A DNA stretch of 64,000 bases from Nitrososphaeria archaeon (GTDB taxonomy: Archaea; Thermoproteota; Nitrososphaeria; JACIWG01). Under the pieces are notes generated by a model, which saw only the letters and a list, made by a program, of their open reading frames with translations, was not told the origin of the DNA and did no database searches. This document shows, one piece after another, positions 56,827 to 64,000 of this stretch (its first letter is position 1; the number at the start of each line of letters is the position of its first letter). The DNA lies in assembly GCA_049969935.1 (NCBI GenBank), contig JBMFNX010000001.1:1265-65264 (forward strand), written 5' to 3'. Made by a program: the position numbers and the translations under genes.

Positions 56827-58444
56827 ATTTGAAAGGTTAAATAGTTTCCTCAAAAGAAGACTTTCTAAAGAGAAGATCTTAGAAATTTTGCCGTTGCTAG
56901 GATTAAATATTGAAGATGTCAGTGATGATGAAATTAAAGTCGAATATAGTCCAAATCGACCAGATTATGGTTCTCCTGCTGGAATAGCAAAGGTAATCAA
57001 TAATTTTTATTTTAATGAAGACCCAAAAATTGAATTTCAATTAGAAAGATCCGGTTATAAGGTGTACGTTGACAAAAATGTTAAAGAAATAAGACCCTAT
57101 ATTATAGGAATGTATGCGAAACTTAAACTTTCTGAAGAAACATTAAAAGAATTAATTTCATTGCAAGAGGATCTACATGATGGTATAGGGCGAAAAAGAA
57201 GAAAGTTTGCTATAGGTTTGCATGATGCTTCAAAGATAAAACCACCAATATATTATACAGTTGAAGGGCCAGAATTCAAATTTATACCACTTTATAATGA
57301 TAAGCCTATGTCAATACAGGAAATATTATCTCAAACAGAACAGGGAAAACTTTATGCACATTTACTTACAAGAAAGAATTTATTTCCCATATTAAAAGAT
57401 TCTCTTGATCAAGTTCTCTCATTTCCACCTATAATAAATGGGAATTTAACTATGCTAACAGAGGAGACTCAAGAAATATTTGTAGACATAACAGCAAATG
57501 AACTTGAACAAGCTGAGGATGCATTAGCAATATTAGCGACCACATTAATAGACTATGGTGCTAAGGTATATACTGTAGAAATAAACTTTGATAACACGAA
57601 AATGGAGACACCAAATCTTAGTCCAAGAAAAATGTATCTAAAAAATTGTAATATAAAGAAGATTCTTGGAATTTCGTTAAAAAGTAATGAAATTATAAAA
57701 GCGCTTAGGAAAGTGAATATGATTGGAAAAATAAAGGACAAACAAATAGAAGTGTTTATACCAAGATATCGAATTGACATCTTACATGAAGTAGATTTAA
57801 TAGAAGAGGTAGGATACGGATTCGGATATGATAAGCTTAAACCCTTACCACTTAAATTACATCAAAATGGAAAACCACTAAAAATTAAGAGAATAGTTAG
57901 AGACATTAGAGAGGGTCTTATTGGCCTTGGATTCATTGAAGTCATGACCTTCTATCTAGCGAACAAAGACGACCAAAAACCATTTACAGAAAATTTAATA
58001 GAAGTAGCAGAGCCTAAGGCCAAAGAATATAATGTTCTTAGAAGCACTATAGTACCTCAACTCCTAAAGGTTCTAGCTTCTAATATTCATGAACCCTATC
58101 CTCAGAAAATATTTGAAATTGGAAGAACATTCAAATTAAAAGACAAGGATAAGAATAGTATAAAAGAAGAAATTAAGGTCACAGCCTTAACTACCCACAT
58201 TGAGAGTTCTTTTACTGAAATAAAGTCCGTTGCAATTGCACTCCTAAACTACTTGGGAATTAAAAACTATTCTTTTAAAACGTTCATGCACCCCTATTTT
58301 ATTGAAGGCCGATGCGCAGTCATTATAAAAAATAATAGAAGAATAGGTGTATTGGGAGAAATCTCACCATTTTACTTACAAAAAGAGGGGCTCAGAAATC
58401 CTGCAAGTGGATTTGAAATGGATGTAGAAAATATGATCTTATAA
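56807..58444 (+). CDS. pheT: phenylalanine--tRNA ligase beta subunit
   Basis: PNRPD, LSFPPIING, RIDILHEVDLIEE. Confidence 0.97.
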   Translation: MPVLSFRFERLNSFLKRRLSKEKILEILPLLGLNIEDVSDDEIKVEYSPNRPDYGSPAGIAKVINNFYFNEDPKIEFQLERSGYKVYVDKNVKEIRPYIIGMYAKLKLSEETLKELISLQEDLHDGIGRKRRKFAIGLHDASKIKPPIYYTVEGPEFKFIPLYNDKPMSIQEILSQTEQGKLYAHLLTRKNLFPILKDSLDQVLSFPPIINGNLTMLTEETQEIFVDITANELEQAEDALAILATTLIDYGAKVYTVEINFDNTKMETPNLSPRKMYLKNCNIKKILGISLKSNEIIKALRKVNMIGKIKDKQIEVFIPRYRIDILHEVDLIEEVGYGFGYDKLKPLPLKLHQNGKPLKIKRIVRDIREGLIGLGFIEVMTFYLANKDDQKPFTENLIEVAEPKAKEYNVLRSTIVPQLLKVLASNIHEPYPQKIFEIGRTFKLKDKDKNSIKEEIKVTALTTHIESSFTEIKSVAIALLNYLGIKNYSFKTFMHPYFIEGRCAVIIKNNRRIGVLGEISPFYLQKEGLRNPASGFEMDVENMIL

Positions 58445-58489
58445 TGACTCAGAAAAATATATATTTACACCTTGATCTATTTAACAAAT

Positions 58490-58571
58490 GCGTCTACCAT
58501 AAAAGCGTAGTGACGGCCTTGGCTGAAATGATGAGGATCAAGGTTAACCCAGCTACGCAACAGGTAGACGC
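58490..58571 (+). ncRNA. box H/ACA guide sRNA with K-loop (predicted target in 23S PTC), enclosed in outer stem
   Basis: GCGTAG/CTACGC stem followed by ACA; apical CTGA-A-ATGATGA; pocket GACGG / AACCCAGC. Confidence 0.8.
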
Positions 58572-58598
58572 CCCCCGCATAGAGAGGTTTGGCGAAAT

Positions 58599-59054
58599 AT
58601 GCCAAAGAAAGGCGTAAATGAGCCAAAACTGGTCAGAGGCGGGGGACATAAATCTTACAATTGGTCTAAAAAAGAAAATGTGCTAAAGTTAGAAAAATTG
58701 AAGGAGTTGGTAATTTCATTAAACAATGAAATCGAAAATGGTGCACTTGTGATAGTTGAGGGGCCAAAAGATGCTATAGCATTGAAAGAAATCGGCCTTC
58801 TTGGAGAACCATATCTATATAGCCACAACTCAGATCATATCGAGCTTTTTAAGTTGGCATTAAAATCATCAAAGGTTATCATTTTAGTAGATAATGATAG
58901 AGAGGGAAGATATATTTGCAAAAAGTTAATAACAGAACTTGGAGCAAAAGGTATAAAATATGATATCTGGTATAGAAAACAATTTTATAAAATTGGAAAA
59001 GGCATGATATCTCATCTAGAGGAACTTTCTTCGTTAATTAGGAAAATTGAATAA
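58599..59054 (+). CDS. small Toprim-domain protein
   Basis: VIVEGPKD, ILVDNDREG; true start may be downstream. Confidence 0.88.
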   Translation: MPKKGVNEPKLVRGGGHKSYNWSKKENVLKLEKLKELVISLNNEIENGALVIVEGPKDAIALKEIGLLGEPYLYSHNSDHIELFKLALKSSKVIILVDNDREGRYICKKLITELGAKGIKYDIWYRKQFYKIGKGMISHLEELSSLIRKIE

Positions 59055-59098
59055 ATAACTTAAATAATGGTTTATTTGAATCAAGGTGTTAGGTAGAT

Positions 59099-60232
59099 AT
59101 GTCGATACCTACTAAATATTTGATTAGATTAAAATTCGAAGTAGAAGGTGTTGTTGAGAGAGCGGATGTAGTAGGAGCAATATTTGGACAAACAGAAGGA
59201 CTATTTGGTCCAGAATTTGATTTAAATGAACTACAAAAGACTTGGAAAATTGGACGAATAGAAATAAATCTAGAATCCAAGAATGACAGAACCTTCGGTG
59301 AAGTTCTTATTCCAACATCCACTGATTTCGAAACAACAAGCTTAATCGCTGCTACCGTAGAAAGTGTGGATCGGGTAGGACCATGTAGTGCAAGGTTTAA
59401 GCTAATTTCAATAGAAGATGTTCGTGCAGAAAAGATTAAGCAGATAAAGGAAAGGGCAAAAGAAATAGCTAGAGAATGGTCAAAGAAAGTAATGAGTGAA
59501 AGTAACAAGATACTAAAGGATATCAGTGAGTCCATGGGTAAATCAAAGATAATAGCCTATGGGAAAGAAAAATTGCCAGCTGGACCAGCGGTTGATAAGT
59601 CAGATACTATAATATTGGTAGAGGGAAGAGCTGATGTTTTAAACTTATTGCGTGCTGGTATAGAAAACGTTATAGGTATAGAGGGAACAGGGATACCTCA
59701 ATCTGTAATAGAATTAAGCAAAAATAAGAAGATTATAGCATTTTTAGATGGAGATAGAGGAGGAGATCTAATTTTAAAGGAACTAATGCAAGTTGCAAGA
59801 GTTGATAAAGTTGTCAGAGCGCCACCTGGAAGAGAAGTAGAAGAGTTAACACCACTAGAAATTATGGAATGCTTGAGCAGTGCAACTCAAATTCCTCCAA
59901 TTCAAGTAAAAAAAGAGGTACCAGCTAATATAGGCCCAGAGCTTGCTGAGAAGGTTAAAGAACTCAAACCTTCATTAGTTAATACTTTGGAGGCAGTTAT
60001 ATTAGATGAAAATTTCAATATCTTAATAAGGATTCCTGTGAGCGAACTTGCAAAACAACTTGAATCAGAAGAACTAAAGGGTGCGAAATACATCATATTC
60101 GATGGAATTGTGTCCCAAAGGATAGTGGACCTTTCTGAGAAAAAGGGTATAGCAGTTATTATTGGACATAGGATTGGAGAAATTACAAGAAAATCGCCTT
60201 CAGTAGTGATCACAACTTTAGAAAACTTTTAG
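59099..60232 (+). CDS. dnaG: archaeal DnaG
   Basis: DVVGAIFGQTEGL, VEGRADV, DGDRGG. Confidence 0.97.
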   Translation: MSIPTKYLIRLKFEVEGVVERADVVGAIFGQTEGLFGPEFDLNELQKTWKIGRIEINLESKNDRTFGEVLIPTSTDFETTSLIAATVESVDRVGPCSARFKLISIEDVRAEKIKQIKERAKEIAREWSKKVMSESNKILKDISESMGKSKIIAYGKEKLPAGPAVDKSDTIILVEGRADVLNLLRAGIENVIGIEGTGIPQSVIELSKNKKIIAFLDGDRGGDLILKELMQVARVDKVVRAPPGREVEELTPLEIMECLSSATQIPPIQVKKEVPANIGPELAEKVKELKPSLVNTLEAVILDENFNILIRIPVSELAKQLESEELKGAKYIIFDGIVSQRIVDLSEKKGIAVIIGHRIGEITRKSPSVVITTLENF

Positions 60233-60243
60233 AATATTCTTAC

Positions 60244-61308
60244 GTGAGAAAAGTGAAGATTAAGAGACTGTCTAAAAATAGTGCTGAAATCATCCCTGAA
60301 ACCGTTGATGACATGCTTCTTTTAAGACTATCTATCAGCAAGAATGACCTAGTATCTGCAAAGACTACTAGAACAGTAAAATTTGAAAAGAATTATTCAA
60401 GGCATGCCGAAAAAGAGAAGAAAACTATTATATTAACAGTAAGGGTTAGTGAAATAACTTTTGATGGTACATTCGAAAAACTAAAGATTAGTGGTTCCAT
60501 AGAGGCAACATCCGATGAGCATGTACAAAAGGGAACTAGACATGCTCTAGAAATTGGTCTTTATACAAAGTTCCTTTTAGTCAAGGAAAAAAATCAAATC
60601 GACTTCAAGTCACTAGAGAAGAATCTAATTTTAGATGAACTAATTTTAGTTGCATTAGACACGCTAGTTGCAGGTATAGGAAAGATAAGGGGAAGCCAAG
60701 TAAAATATATTACAGAAATATATTCAAATTATCAAGGTAAACTTTATAATGTAAAACAAGATTGGACAAAATCATATTATCAACAGATTTCCGATTTACT
60801 AATTTCTTCAATTTCAGGAACAGAAAATAAAATTATTATAGTTGGACCGGGACATTTGAGACTAGGATTAAAAAATTTTATTGAAAACTCCCCAATTGGG
60901 AAAAAAGTTCAAGTCATGACAATTGAAGGAATAGAAAACGGCGGATTCGATGGTATAAGACAGGCTATCAATTCAGAAGAATTTTTAAAAGTATTTAAGG
61001 AAAACTTTTTTGCTAAAGCAAGAACAGTTATGGAAAAAATATTAATTTCAATTTACAAAGGTGATGGGCTAGCATTACTTTCACTAGATGAGATAGAAAA
61101 AGCTTCCATAGTTGGCGCATGCGAAAATCTTTTAATAACAAAAGATTTTCTCTTAAAAAATCCTGTAGAAGAAGAAAAAATAGTTCAAATTTTTTCTAAC
61201 ATTTTAAAGTATAAGGGAACAATTTATTTCCTCGACGAGAACACCAATACTGGAATTCAATTAAACACCCTTGGCGGAATAGCAGCTTATTTAAGATACA
61301 GAATTTAA
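60244..61308 (+). CDS. pelA: ribosome rescue factor Pelota
   Basis: PETVDD, TTR, VGPG, LGGIAAYLRY. Confidence 0.9.
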   Translation: MRKVKIKRLSKNSAEIIPETVDDMLLLRLSISKNDLVSAKTTRTVKFEKNYSRHAEKEKKTIILTVRVSEITFDGTFEKLKISGSIEATSDEHVQKGTRHALEIGLYTKFLLVKEKNQIDFKSLEKNLILDELILVALDTLVAGIGKIRGSQVKYITEIYSNYQGKLYNVKQDWTKSYYQQISDLLISSISGTENKIIIVGPGHLRLGLKNFIENSPIGKKVQVMTIEGIENGGFDGIRQAINSEEFLKVFKENFFAKARTVMEKILISIYKGDGLALLSLDEIEKASIVGACENLLITKDFLLKNPVEEEKIVQIFSNILKYKGTIYFLDENTNTGIQLNTLGGIAAYLRYRI

Positions 61309-61340
61309 TTATTAGAATAAAAAATTTATACAAAATTGAT

Positions 61341-61679
61341 TTAAAGTAGGAAGGGGAATATAATTTCAGAAATTAAAGCTAAAATCAGTGCACCCTTTAT
61401 AAGGTCTAATCCTAGTCTTTTATTTAATCGGCTAAAGTAGAGTAGAACACCAACCATACCTACAAGAGAATATGCAATTCGAGAAATATTTAATACTGCA
61501 CTTTTAAGGATTATTATAACTTTTTCGAGCAAATTGACAAATTTAGAAGAAAGATTTTCAAATAATTCAGTTGAGTTGGAATCGGATAAACTATATCCTT
61601 TAGCGTAAACCAAAAAGATATTTATCACCACTAAAGTAGTACATCCTAAGACAATAAGAAATATATTCTTAAACATCAT
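61341..61679 (-). CDS. small membrane protein, VirB2/TrbC pilin-like topology
   Basis: Signal-like N-terminus, amphipathic helix, two TM helices with a basic loop. Confidence 0.55.
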   Translation of the reverse strand: MMFKNIFLIVLGCTTLVVINIFLVYAKGYSLSDSNSTELFENLSSKFVNLLEKVIIILKSAVLNISRIAYSLVGMVGVLLYFSRLNKRLGLDLIKGALILALISEIIFPFLL

Positions 61680-61776
61680 CTTATATTGAAAATAGCATAT
61701 ATAACCACATATAAGGGGACAAGATTATAGTAAAATGCAAATATAAAAAGTACCCCAAGGGTAGAATGGGTTAGAC

Positions 61777-62697
61777 ATGATCTGTTCCTTCTGTGGAGAA
61801 AAGGCGATATATTATAGAGCGTATAGTGGTAAACACTTTTGTGTAACATGCTTTAAAAAGTCAATAGAAGAAAAAGTTATAAAAACTATATCAAAGTATA
61901 ATATGCTAAATTATGGCGAAAAAATTTTACTCATGGTTTCAGGTGGAAAAGATAGTCTCGCTATGCTTAGAATCTTAAACAAAATAACCAAGGAACATGC
62001 TTCAGAAATTGTTGTTGCAACTATTGACGAAGGGATAAAGGAGTATCGTGATGATGCCTTAGAAATTGTTAAGAGCGTATGTGCTGAATTAAATTTGCCA
62101 CATTATATATTTAAATTTAAAGATCTTTTTGGATACACTATTGATGAAATCGCAGGTCTGAAAAAGGAATATTCAACTTGCAGTGTATGCGGCATATTTA
62201 GAAGAAGGGCAATAGATCTTATAGCACAAAAATTGAATATTCATGTTGTTGCAACAGCACATAATTTAGATGATATAATTCAAACATTCCTAATAAACTT
62301 ATTGAATAATGATCTAAAAAGATTAAAATGGAATTTACCAGTACACTATGAGACATCCATTTTTCCTCAAAGAAGAATAAAACCATTAGCTGAAATCTAT
62401 GAGGAAGAATTAGCACTTTTTTCTTTTTTAAATAATGAACGTTTCCAAAAAATGGCTTGCCCATACATGCATGAAGGAATACGCTCACAGATTCGTGAGA
62501 TTTTGAACGGACTAGAAAGAGATCATCCTGGAATAAAATATTCGCTATATCATTCTGCAATAGGTATATCAAAATCGTTAGCTATTTCAAAAAAAGAAAG
62601 AAAGAAATGTAAAATTTGTGGGATACCCACATTCAGTGAAAAATGTTCTTTATGCACTATATTATCAGAATTAAAAAATGAAAATATAGATAATTAA
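61777..62697 (+). CDS. tRNA 2-thiolation protein TtuA/Ncs6 family
   Basis: N- and C-terminal zinc fingers, SGGKDS, CSVCG..RR, TAHNLDD, CPY. Confidence 0.93.
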   Translation: MICSFCGEKAIYYRAYSGKHFCVTCFKKSIEEKVIKTISKYNMLNYGEKILLMVSGGKDSLAMLRILNKITKEHASEIVVATIDEGIKEYRDDALEIVKSVCAELNLPHYIFKFKDLFGYTIDEIAGLKKEYSTCSVCGIFRRRAIDLIAQKLNIHVVATAHNLDDIIQTFLINLLNNDLKRLKWNLPVHYETSIFPQRRIKPLAEIYEEELALFSFLNNERFQKMACPYMHEGIRSQIREILNGLERDHPGIKYSLYHSAIGISKSLAISKKERKKCKICGIPTFSEKCSLCTILSELKNENIDN

Positions 62698-62726
62698 GTT
62701 AAAATATAACATCATAGTAACATTTT

Positions 62727-63044
62727 ATGGCGATAGGTAGGGCCGGGAGAATAGCCGCCTCCCAATATCCCGCAGTCGGCTATAGCGGGGGCCAGTAACC
62801 ATTAGGTAAAACGCCTAAACAAGGAAACCGTTAACTCAATCCCGAAATGAACTCGCGCCGTGATGGGTGGACGCAAAAGGCGCTTCCTTCGAAGGAAGGA
62901 AGACGACCTTCAACTACCGAACCGGGTGAGGCCCGGGAGGGAGCAACCCTAAGGTAGGGTGTCCACGCTATCACGTCTACGTGAGGGATCGGGTAGAGTT
63001 AATAGGCCCTGTTTAGGCGTGAATACTAATGGGGCTATCGCCAT
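62727..63044 (+). ncRNA. ffs: SRP (7S) RNA
   Basis: Terminal helix ATGGCGATAG/CTATCGCCAT, Alu domain, helix 8 GGGTGAGGCCCGGGAGGGAGCAACCC. Confidence 0.96.
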
Positions 63045-63093
63045 CTTCACAAAAAGATTTTAAGCTAAATATTTCTTAATTTAGCGTTCAGAG

Positions 63094-63179
63094 GCCGGGA
63101 TCGCCCAGCCAGGCAGGGCACAGGGTTGCTAACCCTGCGTCTCTTACGAGACTCGGGGGTTCAAATCCCCCTCCCGGCG
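63094..63179 (+). tRNA. tRNA-Ser(GCT)
   Basis: CAGGG-TTGCTAA-CCCTG, long variable arm, G73. Confidence 0.96.
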
Positions 63180-63235
63180 TTTTTTATAGTTTTTAGGAAA
63201 AAGAATTTAAATTTAAATGAAGAAGAATATTGTGT

Positions 63236-63310
63236 GGGCCAGTGGTCTAGTCCGGTTAAGACAACGCCCTTACACGGCGTAAATCCCAGGTTCAAATCCT
63301 GGCTGGCCCA
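63236..63310 (+). tRNA. tRNA-Val(TAC)
   Basis: ACGCC-CTTACAC-GGCGT anticodon arm. Confidence 0.96.
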
Positions 63311-63571
63311 CTTCAATTTTTTGCTTCTTTCCAGTATTGTCAATACAGTTTGGATTTTTGAGAATTCTTTGTTGGATATACTTTTGGAGAAATATTGGTC
63401 TCTCCTTTACATTTATTGTTATGATAACAACATATTATTAGGTATGAAATTTGGTTCATTTTTCCGGCTCCTCCAAGGTTTATTACTAATTGTTTTGAAA
63501 CAAGAGAAAATCTTTTCGACTGTAATTTTTGCAAAAATTTTATATCTATCAATTTTTTTACTCTTTTTAGG

Positions 63572-63646
63572 GGGTCCATAGCTCAGCTTGGTTAGAGCGT
63601 TCGGCTGATAACCGAAAGATCGCCGGTTCAAATCCGGCTGGACCCA
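63572..63646 (+). tRNA. tRNA-Ile(GAT)
   Basis: TTCGG-CTGATAA-CCGAA anticodon arm. Confidence 0.96.
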
Positions 63647-63756
63647 CATTTAGGTGAGAAACTTTGATCCTTCTGCAATAATATTTAAATTTTTTTATAA
63701 TGTTAAAGTGTACATTGAAACAGTTTATAAATAAGATTGTGTAATATTCTTTTTTA

Positions 63757-64000
63757 TTGCAGAGAGAATATATTTTAGCCTGTCTATATTATCTTATGTT
63801 TAATTTTTTATGCATGATTATACTTCTTGTTACAAATTTCTTTCCATTTGTAAGAGAGATTATGTCTTTGTCTTGGAGAACACCATGGGGCATTATTACA
63901 TCGATTTTAGTTCACCATGATATTGAACACTTTTTATTAAATTTCCAAGCTATGATGACATTTCTCCTCTTCTACATTTTGTTAAATATGATAAATCAAG
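63757..64000 (+). CDS. rhomboid-family intramembrane protein (N-terminal part; runs off window)
   Basis: Manual translation from TTG: ...TPWGIITSILVHHDIEHFLLN..., the rhomboid L1/TM2 HxxxxHxxxN motif. Confidence 0.7.
   Translation, partial: MQREYILACLYYLMFNFLCMIILLVTNFFPFVREIMSLSWRTPWGIITSILVHHDIEHFLLNFQAMMTFLLFYILLNMINQ

Noticed and set aside
59089-59535. 148-aa minus-strand ORF
   Set aside because: Antisense shadow of dnaG
63126-63649. Four ORFs overlapping the Ser/Val/Ile tRNA cluster
   Set aside because: They overlap tRNA genes or their promoters; the 63311-63571 spacer might be a decayed membrane-protein fragment but I cannot support that
1-64000. CRISPR arrays, integrase, provirus or intact transposase
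   Set aside because: No regularly spaced repeats, cas, integrase or transposase genes seen; no duplicated tRNA 3' ends (att sites) noticed by eye

Overview
AT-rich (roughly one-third GC by eye) archaeal chromosome segment, mostly core housekeeping genes. The GC-rich tRNAs suggest a thermophile. It is most likely a Nitrososphaerota/TACK lineage: eL34, eL14, LX and SUI1 are absent from their usual positions, rpl12 is inverted next to alaS, and the 5S rRNA gene stands alone. The left part (minus strand) holds the S10-spc ribosomal superoperon through secY, cmk and cbf5, with an hsp20 gene inserted. Next come a thioredoxin plus CysRS-paralog locus, a PPi-PFK/FBP aldolase/PEPCK block and an orphan DNA methyltransferase. 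A 1.5 kb protein-free region contains tRNA-Leu, a TnpB omegaRNA-like structure with no tnpB, and a C/D sRNA. The right part (mostly plus strand) holds pyrBI, orphan A/V-ATPase H/E/F genes, eIF6-pfdA-ftsY, secE-spt5-L11-L1-P0, alaS/leuS, larBCE with a nickel ECF transporter and a NikR-type operator, trpS/pheST, dnaG, pelota and ttuA. RNA genes: ten tRNAs (Trp with a C/D-like intron), 5S rRNA and SRP RNA. The most notable unannotated signals are several structured ncRNAs (a single-guide C/D RNA for 16S C1402 directly upstream of tRNA-Ala, an H/ACA RNA for the 23S peptidyl-transferase centre, the orphan omegaRNA-like element) and an MshC-like CysRS paralog with altered zinc ligands. All family and target assignments are from recalled motifs; no database searches were run.
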